Source of the DNA: a virus
Length of the DNA: 64,000 nt
Virus record (IMG/VR): IMGVR_UViG_3300027754_000044
Reading direction: 5' to 3' (one strand)
Shown here: in pieces, positions 26,224 to 35,713 of the stretch
How the letters are laid out: each line of letters starts with the position of its first letter
Numbering within the stretch: the first letter of the stretch is position 1
Translations under genes and position numbers: made by a program
Notes under the pieces: model-generated
Database searches by the model: none
Told to the model about the DNA's origin: nothing
The model's input: only the letters and a program-made list of their open reading frames with translations

Positions 26224-27292
26224 TTACTTTCTTCTGTGTAGTTTCAATTGATTCATCGTCGGACTTTGTTTCTTGTCCATATTTAAATTCGCGAGCAGCT
26301 GCAACTTCTAATTGATCTAGCAGATCTTTTGTAAAGTATTTTTCTGGTTCATCATTAATTGTTTTGCCAAAAACTTTAGTTCCATCAGGAAGTTCATAAC
26401 GGGTGCTAACCTTCTTAATGATACCATATTTTTCAGCAAGATCCAATAGACCGTAATAGCGATCCAGACCTTTAGAATAAGAAAGTTTAACATCAACCAT
26501 CTTATTTTCCTTCGTCATTCGACTCTTATGCATCTTACAGTGAATGATATTTCCTACAACTTCTGTTCCCTCTTTGTCTTTTTTCTTTGACAGCATTACA
26601 ATCTGTGATGCTGCGTATTTCAATCCTGATCCACCAGAGATTTCATTTGTTGGAAAGAAAGAACCGATAGCTGCATAGACGTGATTGGTGATGATCAGAG
26701 GAACATTAATTTTTGCCAGCTTCAATGAAAGCACTCGAAATGTTGCTTTAGCTAAAGCAGCTTTGGTCATATCTTTGGTTTCTGAACCTTCGGTAGAATC
26801 AGAAATTTCTTTCGTGCTCGACAACATACCAAATGAATCTAGAATCATGAGCATCGGAGGACGGTCATCCTTTTCCATTTTGGCATAATTGTCTAGAACT
26901 TTAATTGCATGAGTTCTAAAATTTTGAATGGTATCAGTTTCAACTATGATGACTCGCTTTGTATCAAGTCCACGATCAAGCATCATCTGTTTGGTAACAG
27001 CAGCTTCTGTATCGTAGTAGAAAATTGCGGCATCTTTGTTATCGTCCAGAAACTGTTTAGCAATCCCTAGAACGAAAAATGTTTTTCCTGTAGCACTTTC
27101 ACCTGCGAATGCGGTGATTTTATTATTCGGAACTCCACCAAAGATACTTCCAGTCAGAGCAGCATTAAGAATATAACTACCAGTGTCAATTGCTCCAGAA
27201 TATTCTGAGGAATGTAAACCATCGTCCGCAAGATGTGTATCAACATCACCTAGATCCTTAATCATGTTTTTAATAAAATCGTGTTTCGACAT
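26183..27292 (-). CDS. uvsX: RecA-like recombinase UvsX
   Basis: DTGSYILNA; AGESATGKT; YYDTE; SGGSGLKYAAS. Confidence 0.95.
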   Translation of the reverse strand: MSKHDFIKNMIKDLGDVDTHLADDGLHSSEYSGAIDTGSYILNAALTGSIFGGVPNNKITAFAGESATGKTFFVLGIAKQFLDDNKDAAIFYYDTEAAVTKQMMLDRGLDTKRVIIVETDTIQNFRTHAIKVLDNYAKMEKDDRPPMLMILDSFGMLSSTKEISDSTEGSETKDMTKAALAKATFRVLSLKLAKINVPLIITNHVYAAIGSFFPTNEISGGSGLKYAASQIVMLSKKKDKEGTEVVGNIIHCKMHKSRMTKENKMVDVKLSYSKGLDRYYGLLDLAEKYGIIKKVSTRYELPDGTKVFGKTINDEPEKYFTKDLLDQLEVAAAREFKYGQETKSDDESIETTQKKVNENRIDDTESSIA

Positions 27293-27314
27293 ATGTTGCT
27301 CCTTGTATGAGTGT

Positions 27315-27343
27315 ATTATATACTATATTTCGAGATATGTAAA
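27315..27343 (-). promoter_or_regulatory. Sigma70-type promoter upstream of uvsX
   Basis: TTTACA-N17-TATAAT. Confidence 0.7.
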
Positions 27344-27346
27344 GGT

Positions 27347-28234
27347 TTATTTTTTCGTTTTTGTTACAGTGACGTCTGGCATTTCCATCCAATTCTTACC
27401 ATCTGTCGCTACAGCGTTTGCGTTGCTCTTGAACCACTTCTTAGCTTCCATAGAATATTTATTAGAAATATCTGTCGGTTTGGATTTTTGAGAATAATTA
27501 ATATTGGCAGAAACTATGAGTAATAAAGCCAATGGGTCTAATACTAAAACCAAAGCAATGATCATAAATCTTACGGCCTTCTCCAATATTTCTTTATTAG
27601 ATTCTCCGTAGATCAATTCAGCTACATAACGAATTGGTCCGACTTCTTTTTCGGCCGCCCGTATCTCTTTGGCTAGTGGCATCTTTTCTGTCTGAAGTTC
27701 ATCAATAGATTTTTGTGCATCCTTGATTTCTTTGTTTATCAACAGCCGTTCTTTTTCTTGGCTCTTTCTGTAACGCAATCCTTGTTCTGCATCTTTATCA
27801 GAAATGATTTTATTGACTGCAGAATCTAATTGTTTAAGCGCAAGTGCACTAGTATCTATACGACTCTTTTCTCTTTCTATTTTAGAGTCTATCATTTCAA
27901 TCTTAGACTGAAAGTCGCCTGAAGACAGATTCTGGTCTATATGTGCTTTGGAAAGGAAACCAAAAACACCCATACTTGTAATGAACATTAATATAGTGAC
28001 AGCAATTGAAAAATATGTTTTCATCAGTAGCGGTAAGATACTCCAGTTTCTATACAGATACGAAGCTGTAATAATTTTACCTATTTCTAGAGTAGTTCCC
28101 ATTATGATGATGGGCCAAAACGATGCAGAAAATATAGCAGCCAATCCAGTTATAGCATACCACGCGGATACAAATGAAAGTGTAATCCCTGTAAAAATTG
28201 CTAATGATCTGTCTATATTAGGCTTCAGCTTCAT
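27347..28234 (-). CDS. Membrane protein with a coiled-coil domain
   Basis: 3 N-terminal TM helices, TSMGVFGFLSKAH, coiled coil, EVGPIRYVAE, C-terminal TM. Confidence 0.7.
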   Translation of the reverse strand: MKLKPNIDRSLAIFTGITLSFVSAWYAITGLAAIFSASFWPIIIMGTTLEIGKIITASYLYRNWSILPLLMKTYFSIAVTILMFITSMGVFGFLSKAHIDQNLSSGDFQSKIEMIDSKIEREKSRIDTSALALKQLDSAVNKIISDKDAEQGLRYRKSQEKERLLINKEIKDAQKSIDELQTEKMPLAKEIRAAEKEVGPIRYVAELIYGESNKEILEKAVRFMIIALVLVLDPLALLLIVSANINYSQKSKPTDISNKYSMEAKKWFKSNANAVATDGKNWMEMPDVTVTKTKK

Positions 28235-29033
28235 ATAAACTTCTTCCTAGTTTATTCCAATCGCGACATATATCCATAATTCGAATTCGTTTCTTAAAAT
28301 TAATTCTATCATTTTCTAAAAGACTTTCGAACAACTTATCTATATTGGAACCTAATTGCAAATTTATATGCTTCTTAAACTTACCAATCAGTTTAAATTC
28401 AGAGAATGCGGTTACTACGTGATGTTTCTGGAATGGTTTATTTAGTTCATACCAGTCATACTGTCGGAAAAAATCAATCACATTTTTTTCTAAGTAAGGC
28501 GCAATGATTTTTTTATCGTATTGTTTAGCTAGAATTTTTTGCTGAATCAGACCAGCTGGATTCTTTTGTGCAAAATAATCTACGCGAAATTCATCAAATT
28601 TAGATTTTGGTGTTTTGTAATGGATACATGCTTTCTTAGAAACGCCATAGTGACCATCAGCTGCAATTCCAGAAATTACTTCAAATTCCTTGATCTTCGG
28701 ATACACATATAGAAATGGGAATGTGCATTCGAAGTGAGTTTTCTTTTTGCATTCAATATCTGTAGCTAGATATATGAAATCGCTCTCTAGATTTTTGGCA
28801 GGAACTTCAATTAGAGTATACTCCCAATTCATAATCTTAGCGACTTCAATTGCTTTCATTGCGTCATAAGAAGGGTCGTTTTCTAAATGAAACGTATATA
28901 CGTGAACCTTCTTACCTAACCTATGCGCAGAGAAAGCACAAGAGATACTATCAACTCCACCAGACATTAAGACCGCTACAGAGTCTGATTTGGAATGTTT
29001 CTGTATCTCATTGCATAATAACTGATCAATCAT
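28218..29033 (-). CDS. Asparagine synthetase C-terminal-like (PP-loop) ATP-dependent enzyme without a glutaminase domain
   Basis: VAVLMSGGVDS; ISGIAADGHYG (cf. AsnB SGEGADELFG); APYL. Confidence 0.75.
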   Translation of the reverse strand: MIDQLLCNEIQKHSKSDSVAVLMSGGVDSISCAFSAHRLGKKVHVYTFHLENDPSYDAMKAIEVAKIMNWEYTLIEVPAKNLESDFIYLATDIECKKKTHFECTFPFLYVYPKIKEFEVISGIAADGHYGVSKKACIHYKTPKSKFDEFRVDYFAQKNPAGLIQQKILAKQYDKKIIAPYLEKNVIDFFRQYDWYELNKPFQKHHVVTAFSEFKLIGKFKKHINLQLGSNIDKLFESLLENDRINFKKRIRIMDICRDWNKLGRSLYEAEA

Positions 29034-29402
29034 TTAGCCTCTTGTGATAGCTAATACTGCATCCAATTGTTTTTGAACTACTGGACCGCGATTTGGCCAC
29101 AGGATATATTCTTTATCTGCAGTCTTCAGGAGATTATTTAGAAGCGGAACAATGATTGCTTCTAGTTTTCGAATTTTATCTTTCAACTGCGCTTCTGTTA
29201 TATTTTCATCTCCACGTTCTTCTAACTTAAATACCAACGACGTCAGAGCATCAATTTTTTCTTCAAGACGCTGAACATCTTGAGAAGGAACGATATCATT
29301 AGTTGTTGTAGGTTCGAGCGGTCTTATAGCACTTTCGTCGATAGCTGAAAATCCATAATCTAATGAAAGATATTCTGCGGGAACTACTGCGTGTGTGGTC
29401 AT
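29034..29402 (-). CDS. Conserved phage hypothetical protein
   Basis: DYGFSAIDE; LEAIIVPLLNNLLKTADKEYILWPNR. Confidence 0.65.
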   Translation of the reverse strand: MTTHAVVPAEYLSLDYGFSAIDESAIRPLEPTTTNDIVPSQDVQRLEEKIDALTSLVFKLEERGDENITEAQLKDKIRKLEAIIVPLLNNLLKTADKEYILWPNRGPVVQKQLDAVLAITRG

Positions 29403-29410
29403 ATTAATCC

Positions 29411-31912
29411 TTAAAAAAAGTTTTCTAGAGACGAAATCGGTTCTTCTTTCCAATGAATCACGTTCAATATAGATCTCAGTGGATCTAGAAATGCCTTCTC
29501 AAATTGTAAATCGTAGTCAATGTATGCGTTCATTTTAAATTCTTTTGGAAGAACAGATACGATCGATAAAATATTCTCCTGCAATGGATTTGGCATTTTC
29601 ATGTAGCAGTATTTTATTTTCTCGCCATCCTTGATCGACTCATATTTCTTTGTTAGCTTGTAATCTTTCAGAGCTTTATTGAAGGATATCGCACCACGAA
29701 CTGCAATTGGTATAGCTTTCGTTTCCTTAGAATAATATTGAACATTCTGAACGCTTCTCGGAAACGATATATCCTCAAATGGTAGAGTTTTAAACTTCTT
29801 CTTAAACTCTTTGATGTGTTCTTGAATACGTTCTTCGCTATGATTCATGATAATATTCAGCGATTCCGTTAAGGCTACTCTACAACTAGACGGAGTCGAC
29901 GATTTAACAGTTTCTACGCCCATCATTTTCAATTTTGGTTTTTCGTAACGAACGCCTTCACTATCATAAACATTCAGGATATATCTTTTCTTAGCTGTCC
30001 ATATTCCTCTATCGGCGATAACTTCTCGCTTCATGTTCATTTTCTGTTGGAACGCACCACACCTTTTAGCAAGTTTCTCATAAATATCATCAATGACAGG
30101 TTCAAACTTCTCACGTGCAACCCTATCCAAGAATTCGACAATTCTTTCTTTAGAAATATCGTCTCTATCCTTGAACACACTTCGCACAAGCCCACCAAAA
30201 GTAATATATAAGCTGTCTGTATCGGACGCAATAACATAATCAATATCATTTGTTTTTAATAATCTATTTATATAGATATTCAAATGATTTTCTGCCCAAC
30301 GAATAGCCAACTGACCACCCATGGTAATTGCAGTTGCGTGATCTATGTCGAAGAATCTAAAGTATTGATTACCAATCGCGCCATAAGCACTATTCAGTTG
30401 AACCTTTCTAGCCAACTGGATATTTTTGAAGCGTGATATTTCTTTAGAATACTTTTTCTTCTCTTCTGGAGTTTTTGCTACTTCGTATTTCTTTTGAGAA
30501 GCGATCATCTTCTCTTTATAGATCGTTCTATCTGCATAGAGCCTTTCCATAATCTCAGGAAGAAACCCCTGCTTATCATTCTTAAAATAACTACCATTTG
30601 GTGCAAGACAATATCCATTGATAAGAGGAAGCTGACTATCACTTAAGAATTCATCTATCGTGATGTTAGCTTTTTTACCCTTGAGCATAGTTTCTGGAGA
30701 AATATTATACTGCATGATCAAGTGTGGATACAATGAATTCAAGTCAAAAGACATTACCCAGTCACTCGATCCTACTTGTGGATCCTTAACATACGCACCA
30801 ATAAACTGCTCTGATTTGTGTCCTCCACCAGAAAGAGGAATGGCGATCTTCTTTTTATATAGATGATTGTGAATGATAACATCCCACATCTTAACCTGTG
30901 TAAAGGTATCTGCCATATTAACTTTAGCATCATACGCCAGAGTTAATACCATCTCAATAAGTTTCATCTTATCGTCTAGCTTATCTACAAGCTCAACGTC
31001 TCGAATATTATAATTGATGTAATTGACGAAATCGTTTTCATAGAAGTCGTGAATAGTTTCATAGCCTAGTTCGTGGAAATCTAATTTCTTTTCACCAAGT
31101 TCAACAAATGCTATATGATCTAGACGATATGATTCTTGTTGTGTGTATGTAAATTTCCTATACATCTCTAGATAATCAAGGACGGCAACACCTACGATGG
31201 TTATCAGTATGTGTTCCTTTCCCATAACTTTAGTGGTTTTCTCATTCACATGCTTCCATGGCGAAAGGCGTTTACATTCTTTTTCATCTAGAACATTACG
31301 AATACGATTTACCAGATACGGAATATCAAAGAAAGATACATTCCATCCAGTCAAAATATCTGGCACTCCATAGCGTTCCCATTCATCCAAGAATGCCATC
31401 AGCAGATGTCTTTCATTCTTACAATGGATATACTTTACATCGTCGCGTTCTGGTTCATAATTATTACAACCAAACACATAGAAAGTTTTGTCTTTTTTGA
31501 GCGTGATTGCAGTAATTTCTTCGCTCGCAGAATTTACGTTTGGAAATCCATTTCCGGCATAGACCTCAATATCGATATTAGCGATTCGAATTCTATCAAT
31601 ATCGTATACAACTTCATTTCGATATTCTTCATTCAGCCACGCATATTCGTATCTGGAAAATCCATAGATTGGAAATCCAGTAACGTCTTTATAATTGTCG
31701 ATGAAGTTTTTAGCTTCTGTAACAGAATCGAACTCTAATGGTTCTAGAGCTTGCCCTTCGATACTAGACCAAAACGCTTCTGATTTATTTTTGGCTGGAA
31801 TAAATAGTTTTGGTTTATAGTGTATCTTTTTAGAGAATGCCCCGCCGTCATCATATCCACGAACAAGAACATTATCGCCCCACAGAATAGCTGATGTGTA
31901 AAATTTGCTCAA
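29411..31912 (-). CDS. gp43: Family B DNA polymerase (T4 gp43-like)
   Basis: Exo DIEV and GWN..FFDIPY; SFDLNSLYP; KVQLNSAYG; SDTDS; TTG start. Confidence 0.97.
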   Translation of the reverse strand: MSKFYTSAILWGDNVLVRGYDDGGAFSKKIHYKPKLFIPAKNKSEAFWSSIEGQALEPLEFDSVTEAKNFIDNYKDVTGFPIYGFSRYEYAWLNEEYRNEVVYDIDRIRIANIDIEVYAGNGFPNVNSASEEITAITLKKDKTFYVFGCNNYEPERDDVKYIHCKNERHLLMAFLDEWERYGVPDILTGWNVSFFDIPYLVNRIRNVLDEKECKRLSPWKHVNEKTTKVMGKEHILITIVGVAVLDYLEMYRKFTYTQQESYRLDHIAFVELGEKKLDFHELGYETIHDFYENDFVNYINYNIRDVELVDKLDDKMKLIEMVLTLAYDAKVNMADTFTQVKMWDVIIHNHLYKKKIAIPLSGGGHKSEQFIGAYVKDPQVGSSDWVMSFDLNSLYPHLIMQYNISPETMLKGKKANITIDEFLSDSQLPLINGYCLAPNGSYFKNDKQGFLPEIMERLYADRTIYKEKMIASQKKYEVAKTPEEKKKYSKEISRFKNIQLARKVQLNSAYGAIGNQYFRFFDIDHATAITMGGQLAIRWAENHLNIYINRLLKTNDIDYVIASDTDSLYITFGGLVRSVFKDRDDISKERIVEFLDRVAREKFEPVIDDIYEKLAKRCGAFQQKMNMKREVIADRGIWTAKKRYILNVYDSEGVRYEKPKLKMMGVETVKSSTPSSCRVALTESLNIIMNHSEERIQEHIKEFKKKFKTLPFEDISFPRSVQNVQYYSKETKAIPIAVRGAISFNKALKDYKLTKKYESIKDGEKIKYCYMKMPNPLQENILSIVSVLPKEFKMNAYIDYDLQFEKAFLDPLRSILNVIHWKEEPISSLENFF

Positions 31913-31942
31913 AGTATTCCCAATAAGTCATTATCATATAGT

Positions 31943-31971
31943 ATTATACTTCATCTACATCAAAATGTAAA
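31943..31971 (-). promoter_or_regulatory. Sigma70-type promoter upstream of gp43
   Basis: TTTACA-N17-TATAAT. Confidence 0.7.
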
Positions 31972-31974
31972 GGC

Positions 31975-32301
31975 CTATTTTGTAAATGGTAGGATATTTC
32001 CTGAACCACTAAGAGATTTCGCTAGAACTATTCCACTACCGAACGATGTGCTGTATGCGTTTTTAATGTCGGTATTTGGTTCATACGAAAATAAGATATT
32101 TTCGTCAGAAATTGTTATCTCTTTTTTTTCTGAAAACATCAAATAATCAGCAAGCCCTACAGACGGACGACCATCTCGTCCTGCCTGAACAACTAGGGCT
32201 GCTGGATTTTTCAAAACTGCACCAGAAATTTCTGATGAACGCGATGCATCTGCTACAACTTCTTCACCATTCACGAGTCTAATAACAATAACATTATCCA
32301 T
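31975..32301 (-). CDS. Conserved T4-like hypothetical protein (Sm-like fold suspected)
   Basis: VIRLVNGEEVVA..LKNP..Y...FGSGIV pattern. Confidence 0.6.
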   Translation of the reverse strand: MDNVIVIRLVNGEEVVADASRSSEISGAVLKNPAALVVQAGRDGRPSVGLADYLMFSEKKEITISDENILFSYEPNTDIKNAYSTSFGSGIVLAKSLSGSGNILPFTK

Positions 32302-32317
32302 TATTTTTGCCTTTATA

Positions 32318-32560
32318 TTACCAAGTAATTTCGCCAGATGATACTTTACGAAGACCCATATTAATTGCGCTCATTGCTATCATTTGATATTCTACAGGAA
32401 TCAAAAACCCATAACTAGTCTGTGCAACTACCGCCACCCCTGCTACGATGTTTGCCCAAAACGTCTTACTATAATACCACTTCTTGCCAGTCATTTCACT
32501 TTCAATAACCTCAGTTACTGCCGATGTAATCTTTTCGTTCATTGCTGGTTTAGCTGCCAT
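32318..32560 (-). CDS. Putative holin
   Basis: KKWYYSKTFWANI then two short TM segments; downstream of the endolysin. Confidence 0.5.
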   Translation of the reverse strand: MAAKPAMNEKITSAVTEVIESEMTGKKWYYSKTFWANIVAGVAVVAQTSYGFLIPVEYQMIAMSAINMGLRKVSSGEITW

Positions 32561-32581
32561 ATTAATTTCCTTTATGGTGAG

Positions 32582-32767
32582 TTATTTCTTTTTATCCGGT
32601 ACTTTATTTCCATCTAATTTCTTATGAACTTTGATCTTCTTACAAACGTCTTTACCAGTCTTAGAATCTTTCACGCAAGCCTGTTTAACTTCGGCTGCAG
32701 CATAAACGATACTATTTGAAAATAATAAACTAAAACCTAAAATAGAAGAGATGATTAGTTTTTTCAT
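32582..32767 (-). CDS. Small secreted protein
   Basis: Signal peptide, one Cys pair, Lys-rich tail. Confidence 0.55.
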   Translation of the reverse strand: MKKLIISSILGFSLLFSNSIVYAAAEVKQACVKDSKTGKDVCKKIKVHKKLDGNKVPDKKK

Positions 32768-32776
32768 TTTTGTCCT

Positions 32777-33232
32777 TTATAATTCGTTCTGTGGGGGTTG
32801 CACTGGAGCAGGCTTACCACCAAATCCTGTAACAACTGGAGCTTGCGGAACTGGTGTAGTGGCAGCTGGCTCTGGAACTTTATATGGCATATTCGCGCCT
32901 GAAGATGACGTGATAGAAGGCGCAGACACAGGAGCAGGAGAAACAGTGGTAGGTCTCGTAGCCGCTTGTAACGCCATCTTCTGAGCGTCTTTATCATTAC
33001 CCGCTAACATAATTCCAGATAAGGTTCCAGTTAAGAATGTTGCGATAGGGATAATTAATTCAAAGAATTTTTGATCGATTGGAGACATAGCGTTCAATGG
33101 TTGTGTTACAAAAATCAAAGAATATAACACAACGAAAACGATTCCAAATAATGTCAAAGACAGGCAGATACCAATAAAAAATTTAAGACGAGCCATCAAT
33201 TCTTCTTCGGTGTATTTTATATTATTTTCCAC
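32777..33232 (-). CDS. Two-TM membrane protein with a Pro-rich tail (holin-like candidate)
   Basis: GTG start after AAGGAG; two hydrophobic helices. Confidence 0.55.
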   Translation of the reverse strand: MENNIKYTEEELMARLKFFIGICLSLTLFGIVFVVLYSLIFVTQPLNAMSPIDQKFFELIIPIATFLTGTLSGIMLAGNDKDAQKMALQAATRPTTVSPAPVSAPSITSSSGANMPYKVPEPAATTPVPQAPVVTGFGGKPAPVQPPQNEL

Positions 33233-33515
33233 AGTGTGCTCCTTGCGAAACAGTTGCATTACATGTTGAACTTTTTGTAATATCTGTTTTAGTTTGTTCA
33301 TCTTTAGGTGGTCCTAATCTTGGGTCGCGCTGGCCTTTAAAAATATGTTCAGGGCACGTGCGATTCACATCACATATTGGAAGTTTACAAATATCCTTTT
33401 CCCAATTACTAGGATCTTGACAAGGATAACGATATCTATCACCACTGAAAATTGCTAAGGTCAATGGTAATAATAACAATAAACCCAACCACTTTACTAA
33501 TTTTATATCATTCAT
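33222..33515 (-). CDS. Membrane-anchored Cys-rich protein
   Basis: N-terminal TM; RYRYPCQDPSNW...C.LPIC....TCPE. Confidence 0.6.
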   Translation of the reverse strand: MNDIKLVKWLGLLLLLPLTLAIFSGDRYRYPCQDPSNWEKDICKLPICDVNRTCPEHIFKGQRDPRLGPPKDEQTKTDITKSSTCNATVSQGAHCGK

Positions 33516-33517
33516 AA

Positions 33518-34147
33518 CTAAACACCTAATACATGTAGAGCATGATTATAGTGTTTGATTCTATCTTCTAATCCAATCGTTCCGCCGTTAATGCGTTTTG
33601 TTAGTGTTAGTATATCGCCTTTGTCGGCCCACTGATTCAAGTTATTGGTTTCCCAAAACCAGCATGCAGATTGAGCAGCACCTTCAAATGTTTGAAGATA
33701 CTCAGCTGCGTCTTCTACGGCGATATTAACAGACGCCGCAAACCATGAGTAATTATCTTTTCCAGTGAGTTGAATTAGACCACGACCACAGTAACGGAAA
33801 CCATCTCCTGATGCTTCATCACCATTGCCCATTCGATTGGCATAGACTTTATTTGCGATGGCTTCTTGTTTATTTGGTTTGTTTGCATATTCGTTCGCAA
33901 TTTCATCCGTTGGAAAATACTTCGGAAAAATCTTACGCAACGTAACAGCACGATAATTTAAATTTTCTTTCAGCGTAGTGAAACCACCAGATTCATGTGC
34001 GCATTGAGCCATAAAAGCAGCAACTCTTTGCGGTGTTGAAATTTCATAATCTGGAAGCAATACGCATAATGCTCCATACCATGCGTCCAAATACGGAGAC
34101 TTTGGAAGAATTTCTTGTAGGTGTTTCCTTGTGAATACGAATGTCAT
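33518..34147 (-). CDS. Glycoside hydrolase family 19 endolysin
   Basis: AAFMAQCAHESGGF, ENLNY, YCGRGLIQLTGKDNY, TKRINGGTIGLEDR. Confidence 0.92.
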   Translation of the reverse strand: MTFVFTRKHLQEILPKSPYLDAWYGALCVLLPDYEISTPQRVAAFMAQCAHESGGFTTLKENLNYRAVTLRKIFPKYFPTDEIANEYANKPNKQEAIANKVYANRMGNGDEASGDGFRYCGRGLIQLTGKDNYSWFAASVNIAVEDAAEYLQTFEGAAQSACWFWETNNLNQWADKGDILTLTKRINGGTIGLEDRIKHYNHALHVLGV

Positions 34148-34170
34148 AGAAAATATTCTCCTTAATTTTC

Positions 34171-34178
34171 TATTTATA
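34171..34178 (-). promoter_or_regulatory. T4-type late promoter for the lysis cassette
   Basis: TATAAATA. Confidence 0.7.
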
Positions 34179-34202
34179 AGAGGGGGAAGTAAATCCCCCT
34201 CT
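34179..34202 (-). terminator. GC-rich hairpin, probable terminator after hsp20
   Basis: AGAGGGGGA-N6-TCCCCCTCT. Confidence 0.5.
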
Positions 34203-34206
34203 AATT

Positions 34207-34308
34207 TCACATATTATAGATATTTTTTTTCCTAGCAGTCATTCGAAGTTTTCTAACTTCTTTCAGATAGAAAGATATAGAATTACAAAATTCGATAATT
34301 TTAGCCAT
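34207..34308 (-). CDS. Small hypothetical protein (33 aa, not in the ORF track)
   Basis: GGAGG SD; MAKIIEFCNSISFYLKEVRKLRMTARKKNIYNM. Confidence 0.4.
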   Translation of the reverse strand: MAKIIEFCNSISFYLKEVRKLRMTARKKNIYNM

Positions 34309-34771
34309 GATTAGCCTCCGTTAAAAATTCTTTAGTTGAATTTTGAGAGGCGTTAATCTCAATCTTTTTTGGCTTTTTGTTGTCGGGAACAACATACTCC
34401 AAAGAAATTTTGAGCATACCATTAACTAAATCTGCATTTCGAATTTCAACATTATCTGCCAATTCAAACTTTCGTTTGAAAGAACGATCTGCAATTCCTT
34501 TGTGTAGGAATTCAGCTTTAGAATCGTCAGGTTTTGTCGATGCTGAAACCATTAGGCATCCATTAGTCAGTTCGATATCAATATCTTCTTTCGAGAATCC
34601 AGCGACAGCTAATTCAAGAACGTAGGAATTCTTTTCTGTCTTTTTGATATTGTATGGAGGATAACCTGGAATGGCTTTACCAAGCGCGGTATTGAAAAGT
34701 TCTAGACGATCAAACATCTTATCATAACCAATTGAGAACGGATCAAATTTATGTAGGTCAAACATTGTCAT
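34301..34771 (-). CDS. hsp20: Small heat-shock protein (Hsp20/IbpA-like)
   Basis: YPPYNI, LELAVAGF, FLHKGIADRSFKRKF, ADLVNGML. Confidence 0.95.
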   Translation of the reverse strand: MTMFDLHKFDPFSIGYDKMFDRLELFNTALGKAIPGYPPYNIKKTEKNSYVLELAVAGFSKEDIDIELTNGCLMVSASTKPDDSKAEFLHKGIADRSFKRKFELADNVEIRNADLVNGMLKISLEYVVPDNKKPKKIEINASQNSTKEFLTEANHG

Positions 34772-34826
34772 ATACATCTCCTTATATTAAGCAAGATTAA
34801 AATTAAGCCCCCGAAGGCAGCTTATT
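34772..34826 (-). promoter_or_regulatory. ROSE-like RNA thermometer
   Basis: UCUUGCUU-AAUAU-AAGGAGA: the UUGCU motif pairs over the SD with a bulged G; upstream hairpin. Confidence 0.65.
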
Positions 34827-34856
34827 CAGAGACAACCAACCGATTGCCTCTAAATT

Positions 34857-34864
34857 TATTTATA
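34857..34864 (-). promoter_or_regulatory. T4-type late promoter upstream of hsp20
   Basis: TATAAATA. Confidence 0.6.
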
Positions 34865-34872
34865 ACAGATTT

Positions 34873-35277
34873 TTAAACGGATCGTTTTTTTCCTATGTTA
34901 TATTTCTGTTCCAGAATCCATTCGCCCTTTTCTTTATGGGAAAGGATCTTTATTTGAGAAATTGGCGCGACAAGTTCTTTGGTTTTTTCTGGGTAGATGA
35001 GTTTATATAGATTCCATTCAGCTAGAAGATTGGCTATGGTGTTTCTTCTTGCTATATCGTCTTCAGAAAAATTGGTAGGCTTTCCATCCAACGCAAAAAG
35101 TTCTTTGAAGTGAACAATGAAATATCTATTTTGTTTGTGTAGTATGTGACAAGACTGAAATAGTTTCTTATCTTTTTTTGAGGCCACACCTATGCGTGTT
35201 AAAGTTTCGCGAATCTTCAGAAAATCATCTGGAGTTTCTAAGAGAACTTCAATCATTTGGTCGATTATTATAGTCAT
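34873..35277 (-). CDS. regA: Translational repressor RegA
   Basis: PDDFLKIRETLTRIGVAS; QSCHILHKQ.RYFIVHFKELFALDG. Confidence 0.97.
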   Translation of the reverse strand: MTIIIDQMIEVLLETPDDFLKIRETLTRIGVASKKDKKLFQSCHILHKQNRYFIVHFKELFALDGKPTNFSEDDIARRNTIANLLAEWNLYKLIYPEKTKELVAPISQIKILSHKEKGEWILEQKYNIGKKRSV

Positions 35278-35304
35278 TATGCACCTTTAAACACATATAT
35301 CTAG

Positions 35305-35312
35305 TATTTATA
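35305..35312 (-). promoter_or_regulatory. T4-type late promoter upstream of regA
   Basis: TATAAATA. Confidence 0.55.
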
Positions 35313-35317
35313 ATAAT

Positions 35318-35713
35318 CTATTTTTTCGTGCCCCCTGTATAAAGCGATTCTTTAAGAGATTGAATGTGTTCTTTAGTTAATATCCTAGAAGCATCAATGG
35401 CTTTCTTTAGATTGCACTTATAAACTTCACGAATAATATCTACATTTTCGGATTCTTCTGGCTTCATCCATTTACTAAATCGTTTGCGGCTACGAAGACT
35501 GTTCATGTAGAAGTCGTATTGCAATAGATTGTCTAGATGACCAAGTCGATTCATTTCGTTAGAATACAAAATAGAATCCGCATGGAACGATAACGATCGA
35601 TTTGCTAAAAAAGGTTTGTATTCTTTTTCAGAAAGCTCGTCATTATCCGTTCCGCGCATCATATCCTTTTTGAGATGACTTACACTGTTAATGTAATCGA
35701 ATGGACTACTCAT
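35318..35713 (-). CDS. gp62: Clamp loader small subunit (gp62)
   Basis: PFDYINS, YKPFLANRSLS, RKRFSKW; synteny gp45-44-62-regA. Confidence 0.92.
   Translation of the reverse strand: MSSPFDYINSVSHLKKDMMRGTDNDELSEKEYKPFLANRSLSFHADSILYSNEMNRLGHLDNLLQYDFYMNSLRSRKRFSKWMKPEESENVDIIREVYKCNLKKAIDASRILTKEHIQSLKESLYTGGTKK

Noticed and set aside
28218-29033. QueC (7-deazaguanine pathway) assignment
   Set aside because: It shares SGGxDS but lacks the C-terminal QueC Cys zinc cluster; no queD, queE, folE or dpdA in the window
8431-31912. Introns or inteins in nrdA, gp41, uvsX or gp43
   Set aside because: All are continuous ORFs of normal length with no intein motifs
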